From assembly GCA_029717555.1 (NCBI GenBank), contig JAMDHS010000059.1:62001-126000 (forward strand): a stretch of 64,000 bases of DNA, written 5' to 3'. This DNA is from Peribolospora baueri (Eukaryota). The notes beneath the pieces are model-generated. The model saw only the letters and a list, made by a program, of their open reading frames with translations. It made no database searches and was not told the origin of the DNA. The position numbers and the translations under genes are program-made. Every line of letters starts with the position of its first letter. Positions within the stretch are counted from its first letter, which is position 1. Positions 10,967-23,842 of this stretch are shown in pieces.

Positions 10967-12851
10967 ACACGGCGTCCTCGAATAATGAATCCCATCGTCC
11001 CGTGTCACGTGCACCTAATACAGGTTCACGTGGTTCGGCGGCATTCCATCCCACACGCCAGTCCCGCCGAGGGTCGCACCTGGAAGCGGCGGCGTCCATC
11101 TCCATCTCACCGCCCCTTATCCATCGACCCGACATGTCCCCCAACCCTCCTGCCGCCGTTCCCATACAAGCGGGGCTCGAGCTCAAAGGAGGGAGGGGGC
11201 GAGGGAGGAAGGGAGGAAGGGAGGAGCGAGGAAGCGAGGAAGCGAGGGAGCGAGGAAGCGAGGGACGGCGGGAGGATGGACGGGCAAGGTAGCAAGGAGC
11301 GTTATGGATGTCAGAGTTATGGATCGAATCGAGCTCGACCTATTTGTCCTCCCGCCACGGCCGTCGTCGTCTCCTCCAGTCCAATCGTCTGAACGACAAA
11401 GACGACGACGACGACGTGAGCCGCGCCCACTGACGTCGCTGGCACTCACCCCCGATCTTGCCTCTCCCTCGCCGTCGTCCTATCCATCGTGCTACCTCCC
11501 ATCCGGCGTTCCAGCACCCTCAACCTTGTACCGTATGCCGCCATCATTCCAAGCCTATCCCAGGCTCGAACCTCGCTCGCCCGACCGTCTTCGTCTTGGC
11601 CACCCTTGTCCAGCGCCGAGCTCCGATTCGCCATACGCATGGCCGTGCCATGCCCATCCACCGGGCCCGAGGCCGTCGTCGCGATTGCGGAGCGTCGCTC
11701 TTGTCTCCGGACGCCCGTCCGACACTCGTACTGGTCGCAACCGTCGAGCTCGCTCACGTCCCTGACAGCATGCAAACACACCCGTTGCCCCCCCGGCCAC
11801 CTATGTGACTTGACTTGACCCATTATCGCCCCTCCTCCAGCTTCCGCCCTTCCTCGTTCCTCGTAGCCGTCGCCCTCGCCGTCGTCATCGCGTCGCGTGC
11901 CTCGAGGCCGAGATCGAGGTCCTGCTGACCTTGGCGCTCGACGCGACGCTCCTCCATGTCGTCCACCCGTCCGGCCTTGGCTTCCCCTCGCGCTCTCTAT
12001 CCTCCATCTTCCCATCACCAACACCGCCTCACTCACCCTCTTTTTCACCCTCCTTGCTCCCTACACTCGTTTCTCTCTCTTGCCCTTTTCTGCCCTCTGG
12101 ACAGCTCACTTTCCTTTCTTGGTCATCCACCCTCGACGGCGACGCGCCTTTTCCCACCCTCTGCTCGACTCGCTTTATAAACGCATTCATTCCTTCGCTC
12201 CTACGTCCACAGTCTCTTATTTCTCCCTCCTTTCACCGCCCCTCCACAGCTCTGCTCCGTCGACGCGTCCGCAGGGCAAAGCCGTCGACATTGGTACGGG
12301 GACAAACGACGACGACGCCGAACCGCTCGTCGCACTGGGCGACTACCACACACCGCCGATCGTTGACTTGCGCGTCCGCCCTTCGTCCTCCCCGTTCGTC
12401 CTTTTGCGAAGATTGCATTCTTCCTTCTGGCCGCACGCTGGCGAAAAAACGGCAAGCGACGCGCTGACCGTCAGACCTCGATCGACCCCGAGCGAACAAG
12501 GCCTAGCTGACCACCTACTGCACACACACACGCGCGCGCGCCGTCAAACCAGTTCGAGGGCGCGCTGGTGCCTATGCCAGTGGAGTTCGTAAGGTGAGGA
12601 CGACGTCGGGAGTGAGCAGGACCGCGCGAGTCCGTTTCGGCTCAAAGGGACGGAAGCGTGTTTGTGCGCGCCAAGGGTCCCCCGGGTGGCATATAATACG
12701 AAGGAGGGGGGATGGGGCCATCGTGTCGAACTCGTATCGCTGACGCTGGCGCTGACCATGGCCGCTCTCATCTTATCTCACAGCCGGACTCTGTCACACT
12801 CTTCACTTTCATTCCACCAAACGTCCCCCGTGCGCCGATACACGCGGCGAC

Positions 12852-15800
12852 ATGTCCGCTCCACGAGCGAAGAACGCCCATCGCCCCCAACCTGCCAGGG
12901 CCGTAGGGCAAGGCGGCCGCGGGGCTGGCGCGAGGCAGCAACAGCGCGGCAGGTCCTACCACGTCCCCACTTCTTCCTTGTCCTCCGTGCTGGACGCCTC
13001 CGCCGGCGGCAGCTTTCAAATCGAACGTAACTTTGCCGCCGCATTTGGCTTCGCGGCGTCGACCGACGTAGGCGTCGGCATCGGTCCTTCCGTCGCACCC
13101 CGCAAGCCGGCCGGATCCCTTCTATCCCTGCCGAGCACCAACACGAGCCACAAGCACTACCACTACCACAAACGACCACGGCCGGTCAAATCCCCGTCCC
13201 ATCACTCGCTCTCGCGCACAGTCTTCACCAAGACCAAGACAAAGGCTGGCGGGAGCGCGCCGCACCGCCTCAGCGTCAGCGTTAGCGTTGGCGAGTCCGA
13301 GTCGGCGTCGGGCTCGTCGGAGGAAGACGAGGAGGGCCTGATGTCGTCTTCTAGCGAGCCCGTCGACCTCGACTTCAGTTTTGATTTCGTGAGCGGGCTC
13401 GAGAGGAGGGGTAGAGACGCTGTGGAAGAGGGGGAGGAGAGTAAGAGCGGTGGCGATGGCGATGACGAAGTGGTGGCGCGAGGTCCCGTGGGCATGAGGG
13501 ACAGTTCCTCCTCTGATCAGGACGAGGAGGAGGAAGAGGAGAGGAGGAGGGGAAGGAGGTCCCTTGCGCCGTCGCCTTGCTCGTCGGCCATGGAACGCAC
13601 CTTCAGCGAGCCCGCGACACGGCACTGGCAGCTCGACCTCCAGCTCCAGCTCCAGCAGCTCCAGCTCCAGCCCCTGTCGGCGGAGCGCTCCACGCTGGTC
13701 GACCCGTCGCAGGACCATTACACCGCGCTCGACCGTGTTGGCGGAGTGCACCAAACTCCTCCTTCCGCACCAGCCTCCTCCGGTCCACTCCCTCCCCTCC
13801 CGACTCTCCCTCCCCTTCTTCTCCTCTCGCCTCTTCCACCCATCAGCTCCATCTCAACAAACGTAGGAGATGCCCACGCTCCTCTCCCGCCCTTCTTCTC
13901 CCCGCCTCCCGACGTCGTGAGTCCCCACACGCTGAGCGACCGAGATCATCAGAACACATGCTCGACCACCTCCACGCCCGGAACGCCCTTCTCCCCGCTA
14001 TTCTCCGAGGCGGGCGAGCGCTCGAGCGGCACCGAGAGCGTGACGGACGTCGAGGAGGAGGACCACCGTGACCCGTCGCATCCGCAGCCGAAGTCGTCGC
14101 TCTCCCCTCTTGCTTTAACGCGCAACTGCAGTCCCGTCCCCGGGCAGCAGAGAAAGCAGGCCGAGCTCCTGGCGCAGCTCGAAGAAGTCGCTCAGTCGTG
14201 CGAGGAGCTGGGCAAGGCCGAGACGGCTGTCGGCCAGCAGCGACGGAAGCAGCATCAGCAACTGCAACAAGAACAGCAACAACAGCGGGAGGACGGGAAG
14301 GGTTTGAGGAGCGGTTCGACGGGTGCGGGCGTCGGCCCTTGGTCCGAGAGCCCGCTCCTGCTCACCTCTCCTCCGCTGTCCCTCCCCTCGCCCCGTCACG
14401 TCGACGACGACCCCGGCACCGGGAGACGCGTCTCCGGTTGCGGCTGGGCGGGCCTGCGCTATATCCGCACCGAAGGCTACGACGTGGCCTCTCCCGCCAC
14501 GTCGCCCGTTTTACCCAGCTCCGTGCAAGGCGAGGAGCAGGAACAGGAAGAGGAGCAGGAGAAGGCAGCAGGAGCAAAGGTCGAGGCGAGCGCGAGCGCG
14601 AGCTCGGCGGCGCTCAAGAGCAAGAACAAGAGCAAGGGAAAGGAAAAGGGTAGGCATACAGACGTCGGCGAGGGTGCTTTGTTCCTCGACGGCGTGTCCT
14701 TTGGCTCGTCCGGTCTCGGCTTGGGCCTCGACTTGGGTGCGTACGACGCGTTTCTTGCGAGCGGAGATGCGGCCGCGGGCGACGTGGGAGACGGCGACGA
14801 CGGTGGCGGCGGTGCCCTCGGTTTCGATGAGAGGGGGTTGAAGAGGTTGGGGAAGGAGCGTTCGGCGGCAGATGCCGGCCCCGCCGACAACAGCCTCCAT
14901 TTCCCGTCTCCCCTCACACGGTCCCCGGCCGAGGAGTGGAACGTCGACGTCTTCCAAAGTAGCCCTCGACCATCGCCCAAGTTTCCACAACGACAATCGT
15001 CGGAGCCCGTCGCATGGTCGCCGCGAGCGGCCGTAGCCTCTCCTGTCCTGGAGTCTAATGGGTCCTTCGATGCCGGCGGCGCTTTCGAGACAAGTCCGGA
15101 TATGAGAATCGACGAGCTCCTCCGCCCCCCGGCGGACCTCGACCTGATGAGGCTCCACCGCAGCCCGTCGGACGAACACTTCTCCTACAACTCCACTCTG
15201 CCCGTCCCGCCTTCTCAGAGCCCCGCCGAGGGTGGCGTGGCCTTCTTCGCCGGCGCTGAAGTGCCGGTGGAGACGGCGGGGAGAGAAAAGCGGAGGAGCC
15301 TTGCGCAGGCGATGGGATTCGCGAGGGACCGGGACCGAAAGCGGGAGAGTCACTGTCACCGCCTTGCGGAAGACGAAGGCGGGGCGACGGCGACATTCGT
15401 GGAACGCCTGCTGGGCAGCCTGAGTACGGTTGTGGGCGCGTCCGTCGGAGGGGGATTGCCGCTAAGCGAGTCGAGCAAACAGATTGACGCCATGGAGCGC
15501 GGCGCCGACGCGACCGACGATGGCTTCGTGGGGAGGGGAAAGGAGAGCGGCGGAGCGGACGAGTCGTCGCAACTTCTCGCTCGGAGAAGGCTTCGCTCCA
15601 GAAGCCTCCTTGGCCCGACACGCTTGCGGGTCGACAAGACGGAGCGACGGCTCCCCGGCGCGGCCGCTCTCGCGCGTTTTCCACAGGATCACGACGGCCG
15701 GCAGAGTGGCGAGGCGGAGCCGCTATCGTCACCTCTGGGTCGAGCTTCGACGCTTTCGCCGGTTGACGTCGGAAATGGCGTCCAATTCAGCCCGGACGCA

Positions 15801-17417
15801 ATCTGGACGGAGAGAACGGTGTCCGAGGGAACGCCTCGTCGTCGATCGCTCATCATCGCCGGGCCGAAGACATCTTCGGACGCAGATGCGGACGCGGGGG
15901 CCGTACCGGGCCAGAGACGAAGGCCGACCAGCGCCGAGGTTCGGATGAGGAAGCAAAAGGTCGAAGCTTTCTCACAGAAAATCGCGGCTAATTTGCATCG
16001 GCGGCGGCCCCTGATCCAGAACCAGAACAACGACCTGAATCTGGTCGCGCAGACGGAGGGACAGGAGCGACGGAAGAGCAGCGGCGTGCTGCCGTACCGG
16101 CGTTCCATCGTCGTGGAGCGCGACGACCGGCGCCTCTCCGTCGACGACCTGGAGGAGACGCACCCCACCGATCTCTTGCCGTCGCCCGGCGAGGAGTCCT
16201 GGAGGCGCACCGGAGCCGCCGCGGCCGGGAGTCTGTATACGCCTCTCACCTCGATCCAGAGCAATGTCCTGCACGCCGTCGCACCCGTCTCGTCCGCGGA
16301 CGGTCAAGTCGAAGGCGATGCCGGGAGAAAGGCGAGCTTCGTCAAGGTGGTGACGGCACCGGCGACTTGGTTAGATGAGCTCAAGCCGAGCAAGAGCTTG
16401 TTCCTTCTCGGCTTTCTTCTTGGTGAGTTCGTCCGTTGCATACGAAAGTGTCGACGAGGAGGATAAGGTCTGATCGTTGTTATGGTTTGTTCGTCGTCGA
16501 TGGCATGTCTCGCAGGACCCTGGTGCTGGGTGATCGGCGGATGGTGGCTCGGTCCAGACGGTTTCTTCGTCCCTCCGTCAGGACACATTGCCACGTTCTA
16601 CGACCCTCACGAGGACGAGGAAGTCGTGCCCGGCCAGCAGGCCGTCTCCGTCCCGGATTCCGCTCCCTCTCCGCGGACTCCCCGAGGGAGTAAGAAGGGG
16701 TCCCCGATTGTGCGCCGAGCCAAGACGATCCGCTTCGCACCGCCCACCAACGTGCCACCCGTGACGCCCACGTCCGCGCGTTCTCCCTGCGATGCGGGCG
16801 CACGGCTCGCCTTGCATCCTCCGCCGCCCGTACCTTGCGTGGCGTTGACGAGACCACCTTCGCCGACGACGAGCGACTCTTTAGGTTCATCGTCGAGGAC
16901 GCGGACTTGGTCGCCGGCTTTTCTCCCGCCGGCAGGTGCGAGCCTGAGAGCTTCCTCGGTCTCGTCGTCCTCAGGATCGAGACGCTCCCGGGAGCGTCAC
17001 TGGCGGGGCCTTTTGGCGGTGCTGAGCCCGCTGCCCAAGTTTGCGCTGTTCTCTAGCCCCGCGCGGACGGGGGCACCGGCTCTGTCCACAGAGGTTTGGA
17101 GGACGGAAGTGGAGGGAGTGGCGACGGAGGCGGAAGAGGAGGAGGAGCGTCAAGCTGCACAGAAGGTGGAGGAGGAGGAGGGATGGGTTAAGGTGGACCT
17201 CAGCGACGGCGGCGAGCCGGTGATCGCCGACGGGGAGGGCGACGGGTTGAAGGGGCCGTTCCAGTCGTCCACGACGGACCCTCGCTCTGGCGGTCACGCA
17301 GGGCGACGTCGTCTCGAGTTGTTCGTTATGCTCAACCGCGTAGCGGCTATCCTTTCCGGCTCGGCCGTCCTCTTCGGCGTCATCCTGGCCATCACCATTA
17401 TGCTAAGGCACCATTGA
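12852..17417 (+). CDS. Hypothetical ~1490-aa Ser/Pro/acidic low-complexity protein with C-terminal membrane segments
   Basis: 3.6-kb open first exon. Intron 16423-16515 joins LFLLGFLL|GPWCWVIGGWWL in frame; terminal hydrophobic helix FVMLNRVAAILSGSAVLFGVILAITIML. Confidence 0.75.
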
Positions 17418-18171
17418 AGGGGCGCGAAGGAGTCCTTCAGGAGTCTCTTCCTCCAAGCCAGCCGAGCGTCGGGATGGAGGACTGACTGGCTGGCTTGATC
17501 GGTAGGTCGCGGACGTTGTTGTTTTTTATTCGCTCTCGTTTCGGCGCACGGATTCCGCTTTCTTGCCTCTTTCCTTCCCTTCTCCTCCGAACGGTCCCTC
17601 GCACCGGTCTTTGTCGTCGTCCTTTCCTTCCCTTCCCATCTTGCTTCCCTTCTGGATATTTCTGCGCCCGACGCCGTCGAGCCGAGCGAGTGCGTCGCTC
17701 GCCGAAGGCCAGACGGTCGCTTCGAGTACATACAAGCACGTACCATCATCTCTCGTCTCTTTGCTGGAACATTCAAGGACAACGACGTTTCCCTCGGCAG
17801 CGCGCCTGCCGCACGTTGTGTCCGCATTCTGGAGGGCGATACAGCTTTGTCCTACCTGTTCTTCTCGTCCTATCTAGACGGCGGCGTCGGCGTCTCCTCG
17901 GTGTGCTTACGAAATCGGGCTGCGGTCGAGCCGTGGCGTGGCGACAGGGCCGTAGCGAACATATCTCCGCCTCTCTCCGCCCCGCGCTTCGCCGGCGTGC
18001 CCCGTCGCTCCTCTCTTCCGGGCGCCGGACGCCGCCTGGCACGAACGGGCCGGCAGGAAAACGAGCAAGCCAAGCCAAGCTAAGCCAAGCAGGCCGCAAC
18101 GCAACTCCGGCGACGACGACGACGACCGACGGGGACGACCACAAACAACTGTCTCGCCCAACCTCCCCGCC

Positions 18172-20326
18172 ATGGCCGCAACCGCTGCCATCTCCGAAAA
18201 GAACAGCAGCTCGCTGGCCGCCGGCGACCCCGTCGGCGTCGACGCTGCCCAGGCCGGCGTGCTCGCATACGGCCTTTCACTCTCCAGGCCAGCGACGCCC
18301 AGTCTCACCTCCCACTCCCACTCCCCCTCCGCCTCTGGCTCCTCCTCCGTACTCGGCTCGCCCGCCTCGACAGCACCCACCTCGGCCATGTCCCTCTCCA
18401 CCTCGCCCTCGCCTTCCCCCCCGCCCTATAGCCAAGACGCCTCCGGTGGCCTCGTAGACACCGAGTTTGGCTTCTGCGACAACCAAGCCTTCCGCTACAC
18501 CTCCCACCACCGTGGACCGCTCCCGAACCCTGTCAAGGAAGAGCCGAGCTACCTCGTCGTCCTCACCACCTACGTAAGCTACCTCCTCCTCATCGTCCTC
18601 GGACATATGCGCGACTTTTTCGGAAAGAGGATGTTCCCCAAGGCGTACAGACATCTCATGGAAAGCAATGTGAGTCCCCTTGCCTCGCCGCGCTGCGCCG
18701 CGTCCATGAGCGGAGCAAGTGCTCGAGTGCGTCGCATCGCCTCACCAACGTCTCTCTCACACCCCTCTCTTACCTACTTCCTCGCATCGTCTCCTCGTCC
18801 TCCTTCGCACTCGACGATTCCAGGGGTATGCCGCTCTCAACTCCGACTTCGACTCCTTCTACACCCGCCGCCTCAAGTTGCGCATGGAGGACTGCTTCGC
18901 CCGCCCCGTCACCGGCGTCTGCGGTCGGACGGTGCAGTGCCTTGACCGCGTGACCGACGACTACGGCTGGTCCTTCCGCTCCACCGGCAACATCACCCGC
19001 GCGCTCAACATCTCCGGCTACAACTACCTCGGCTTCGCCGCCTCGCACGGGGGCGTCGCCGACGCCGTCGAGGAAGGCATTCGCCGCTACGGCATCAGCA
19101 GCCTCAGCTCGCGCAACACCGTCGGCACCCTCGACCTACACGTCCAGGCCGAGAAGCTGGTCAGCAAGTTCATGGGCGTGGAGGACGCGATGGTGATCAG
19201 CATGGGCTTCGCCACCAACTCCACCACTCTTCCCGCCATCGTCGGCCCGGGCAGCCTGATCATCTCCGACGAGTTCAACCACACGAGCATCCGCTTCGGA
19301 ACGAGGATCAGCGGAGCCCACATCCGTTCCTTCAAGCACAACGACACGGCGGCCTTGGAGAACTTGCTCAGGGAGTGCATCTCCCAAGGCATGCCTCGGA
19401 CGCATCGGCCGTGGAAGAAGATCCTCGTCGTCATCGAAGGCCTTTACAGCATGGAGGGCAATCTCGTCAACCTGCCGGCCGTCATGGCGCTCAAGGAAAA
19501 GTACAAATTCTACCTCTACGTCGACGAGGCCCACTCCATCGGCGCCATCGGCCCCAACGGCCGCGGCGTTTGCGACTACTTCGGCATCGACCCGCGCCAG
19601 GTGGACGTGCACATGGGCACCTTCACCAAGTCGTTCGGCGCCGCCGGCGGATACATCGCCGGCAAGAAGCAGCTCATCGACCGCATCCGCCTCCAGAACC
19701 ACGCGTGCGTCTATGCCGAGACGCTCAGCCCGCCTGTGCTGACGCAGGTGATCGCGTCGATGAGCAGCATCATGGGCGTCGGACGCGACCCGGAGGAGAT
19801 GGCCCTCGTCCCTTCCTGGACCCACCTGCCGCCACACCTCCTCGACGGCTCCGAGGGCCGCGAGCGTCTCCGCCGACTCGCTTTCAATGCCCGCTACCTC
19901 AGCTCGGGCCTCCGTAAGCTCGGTTTCATCGTCTATGGCCACCGCGACTCGCCTATCGTGCCCATGCTCATCTTCAACCCGGGCAAGCTGCCGGCCTTCT
20001 CGCGCCTCATGCTCGACCGTGCCTCCGCGCTCCCACCCTCGTCTCGCCTGCACCCAGACAACGTGGACCCGACGGGCAGGGACCCGGACCGGCCGCCGAT
20101 CGTCGTCGTCGTCGTCGCCTACCCTGCCACGCCGCTCATCTCCTCTCGCGCGCGGTTCTGTGTCAGCGCGGCGCACACAAAGGCCGACATGGACGACATC
20201 CTCCGCGCCGCTGACGAGATCGGCGAGGTGCTGGCGCTCAAGATCGGCAAAGGGGACGAGAACGGGCGGCGGTGGACGATCGACGAGGTGACCAGCAGCG
20301 CCGTCGATCTCGTCGCGGAGGATTGA
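18172..20326 (+). CDS. LCB2: Serine palmitoyltransferase catalytic subunit 2
   Basis: GYAALNSDFDSFYTRRLKLRMEDCFARP, ALNISGYNYLGFA, SMGFATNS, EGLYSMEG, YVDEAHSIGAIG, PLP-lysine motif GTFTKSFG, VAYPATPLISSRARFCVSAAHT; one intron at 18670-18823. Confidence 0.97.
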
Positions 20327-20861
20327 GGGCGGCGGGCGGCGGAGTCTTGACTGGACACTTGTTCAGACTCTTTCACCAGCTCCACCATCCCTCTACCCCT
20401 ACCCCTACCCTGTCATTTCTGCCTTATCCTAATCCTATGTTGTCGCATACCGCCCGGCCTAGTCACATGTACATTGTTGTCCCTTCACCTTGCGAAGACG
20501 CACGTCAGCGATCGCCGTCGTCCTCCCACCACCGCTCGACCTACCTACCTAGCACCCACTCACGCGCTCGTCTGACCCATCCCATGCCATCCCCATCCCC
20601 CATCTCTCTTCCCACCGCGAGCGCGCACGCGCACTGCCCTCCCTCCTTCCACGCCCTCTCATCCCATCCCATCCAATCCTCTCGCTCGCTCGTCCTCGAG
20701 GGAAATCGTATACCCCCGCCCAGCCCAGCCCAGCCCAGCCCTATCCGTACGGTGCCGTGCGGTCCTGCTGTCTTGTCTTGTTGTGTCGTGTCTTGTCGTG
20801 TCTTGGCTTCGACGACGTCGAGATGAAACGAAGTTCGTTCGATTTGCTTGCTTGCGAGATT

Positions 20862-20986
20862 GGTTTTTTGACGCGTTTGCTTGTTTGTTTGTTTGTTTGC
20901 TTCTGTTTTTTTTTGTTTTTGTTTTTTGTTTTTGGCTTTTGTTTTTGGCTTTTGTTTGCTCTTTCGTTTTTTGGTTGGCTTGTTTG
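20862..20986. repeat. T/G-rich low-complexity tract with (TTTG)n in the LCB2 3' region
   Basis: ttgtttgtttgtttgtttgc...ttttgtttttgttttttgtttttggc seen directly. Confidence 0.8.
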
Positions 20987-22033
20987 GTCGTCCCGTCCGT
21001 ACGTCCGTCTGTCGCCTGCTTGACTTTACCGAACCGCGCGTACGAGGCGGCATCACCTTCACGGCCACGCGCTCCGTTGGTTCGTGCTCAAGCGCGGTAG
21101 GGCGATATGTCTCAAGTGGACGGCGGAAGGAAGGGGCGGGGGTTGGTTGGTTCGTCCGTCAGCAAGTAGGCAGGCGGCCAAGTATGCTATTGCCATATCG
21201 GATGGGCATCTTTTGTCCAGCTCTCAAGCCGCTCCCTACCTACGCTCCCTCGCCCTCGCCCTTCCCGGCCCGGCGCGCGTCGGCTGAGACGGAAGTGGGA
21301 GGGGGCGCACGAGAGGGGCGCGGGTCCGGGACTGTAGTCCTGATTCGCGGGGGAACTGGAAGTGCGAGGAGGGCTCGGGATGGTGTTGAGTTGGGAAGCG
21401 CCGAGTCGATGCGCTCGCATCGCCTCTCTCGTCTCCTGCGCACGGGCCACAATCCCATCCGATCCTTGCACTTCCTTCGATCTGCGCGATAACAAAGACG
21501 CTCCTCTGACCGAACACGACCCGAACCCGGGTCGAGTGGGACTCGGACTCGACTGGCGTTACTGGCGCACGAAATGTTAAAGAGGAGAGCGAGGGATTCG
21601 ATCGTATCGTATCGTATCGTATCGAACGGTCGATACGATACGTTCACGTATGACATAAGCGTCGATGAAATAAGGAGGGCGCGGAGTCCGCTGGTATAGC
21701 CGGAGGGTCGGGAGTATGATCCATAAAGGCCAGGCGTCTGCGAATGGGGCCCCGGACGCGAGGTGAAGGAGAACAGACTGGTAAAGAGGTTCGTGACGGA
21801 ATGGGGAATTACAGCGAGCGCCCACGCGGAGCAGAAGCGGAGAACGTCACGGGCGTCAGGAGGAAACGGAGCAGAAGACAAAAAAGACCAAGTCGGTTGG
21901 GCGAACTACGAATCATATCGTTCATGAATCGGGCGTGAGAGACGTCCATCGTCGTGGGCGACCCGGGCGGGAAGAAGAGGAGGGGAAGGAGCGGTCCGCT
22001 TTCATCTCCGCATTCCCTCTGTCGCTCTCCCCC

Positions 22034-22652
22034 TCACACGGCTGTCGTACGTCGCCGCCTTCTGCCTCCGCAGCGGCAACACAAGATGTCGGCTGGTAAA
22101 GAGGATTCGTAGGACGAGGAAAAGATGGCGAACGAGACAATGTCAGCGACATGGCCAAGAAAGGCGTCGCCGGAGGAAAAAAAAGAACGGAAGCTCACCG
22201 ATGGCCTGGAAGACGATGACGATGCAAGAGGTGATCGCTCCGATGATCGTTTCGAGGACGGTGGCGATGCCTCCAATGACGGCCTGAATTGCGCGTAGAG
22301 ACGGGTTGGGGACGATCAGCGCGTGAGGAAGGATGTGGAGTATCAAGCGTGGTCACGAGGGAGGGCCGCGCACCATGATGGCACCTAGACGAAGGGGAGG
22401 TTGAGTGGGAAGACAGACAGACAGGCAGGCAGGCAGGCAGGCAAACACGCGGAAGACGTGAGATAAGAAAACGATCGTCAGGTCCGTACAAAGACGCGAG
22501 ACATGGGCCTGGCGATGGACTCACCGCCGATGACGGAGAAAATGCTTGCGATGGCTCTATCACGTGGGGGCGAGGGGTACGGAGTGGTGAGCGTTCCGGG
22601 ATGGAAGGATGATGGATCATCGCATGAGAACTCACGAACAGACGACGCCCAT
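22034..22652 (-). CDS. 67-aa hydrophobic microprotein with Cys/Arg-rich C-terminus (5 exons)
   Basis: Exons 22652-22636, 22556-22525, 22384-22374 (11 nt), ~22283-22199 and ~22092-22034 splice in frame to MGVVCSAIASIFSVIGGAIMAVIGGIATVLETIIGAITSCIVIVFQAIADILCCRCGGRRRRRTTAV*. Confidence 0.75.
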
Positions 22653-23842
22653 GATGATAGCGTCAGGATAAGACGAGCCTGGCGTGCAGGCAAATAGACG
22701 CGAAGAGCTGGTTGAGTTGGAGTCGGAAGATGGGCAGGTGGGGCAGCAAGATCCGAAGTGAAGTAAGTGGCCAAACAGCTGAGACGAAAAATGTGGAAAA
22801 CGAAGGACGAGGGGCGATGGACGTCCTTTTATTCTTCCATCGTCTCCAGATCTTCGTGACGTCACGATCGACGCTCGACTCGCGCAACGTGGACCAGACG
22901 CAAACACTTGCCGTCACTGGTTCGACAAAGCACGTTGGCCTCGTCGCCCGTCGAGATCGCGTACCAACTAGCGCACGCCACTGGAAGCTACGCTTGCAGA
23001 GATGAGGCGGCACGCCTCGTGCGTCATTCTCGACGGTGGTGCTTTATCGACGCGACCGATCACGACTTGTTCGCCCTTCCTGAAGGTGTACGGTAAACGC
23101 ATCCAAACTTTGCCCACCGACCTGTCTTTTCTTCGGCCTTGCTACTCCGACCCTTGTTCCTGCGCTCGTCGGGATCAGCTCCGCATCCTTCTGTCTCTCC
23201 TCGTCCGACAGGTGATCGCGCGGATCGGCCGGGCTGTTGCCGTCGGGTTTCGTTTCCCGTTCCTTTCATTCTCTTGCCCTCCCTTTCGACTTTCATTTTG
23301 GCGTTTCTCTTGTAGCTGAGTCGACCAGTCGCAAAGTGCAGAACGCAGGAGTGCACAGAGCCCGTCGCTGCGCAAGAAGCGAAGCGGTGGGACGGACATG
23401 GAAGGAAGAGGAGCGATGCTGCGCGGACTATGATATCATCTCGCTGGGCGCGGCGTCACTCGTCATCTCTGCGTGAGAGCGCAAGGACGAAGGACAGCGC
23501 GGCCTTGTGATGTCACACGGACGGACGACCCGCGTTCGACTCCGATCGCTGTCATTTTCTCATTCCCTTTTCTCCCCTCTCCGGATCGCCGCAGCAACGG
23601 CGCGGCCGGGATGACGCCAGGTCGGGATGAGCGTGATGGGCAGGCGGTGGGGAGACGAAGGATGGGCGAACGCACACTCTGGTGTGCCAATACCACCTCC
23701 ACCTCGCCCCCATTCCTAGACTTGCCCCCCTTCGTCACCCTCGTGCGCTCGTCGACGCGCACGCAGCCCCGTTGCTGGCACCTCGTCGTACGCAGTCGTA
23801 GTGTCTCGTACTCCTAGGGCCTCCTAACTTCCACTTCGCGCC

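Larger units (their letters stand above)
7500..11050. mobile_element. Putative decayed virus-like/self-replicating element island (boundaries approximate)
   Basis: No intact host gene between the SEC14 3' UTR and ~11.3 kb. Contains the AEP/Zn-finger/Walker A relics. Hand counts give 45-48% GC at 10081-10140 and 10201-10260 versus 72% at 19021-19080 in LCB2. Confidence 0.45.

Noticed and set aside
11304..12800. Several overlapping 100-230 aa ORFs upstream of the large disordered gene
   Set aside because: No motifs or consistent splice structure; most likely promoter/5' UTR in GC-rich DNA.
19136..20176. Long antisense ORFs over LCB2 (and similar ones over NOG1, YPP1, CDC7 and DEG1)
   Set aside because: Expected shadows of GC-rich, codon-biased sense genes; no recognisable motifs.
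20783..21492. Phe/Leu/Cys-rich 'membrane protein' ORFs and a Lys/Gln-rich antisense ORF
   Set aside because: Translations of the T/G-rich simple-sequence tract downstream of LCB2.
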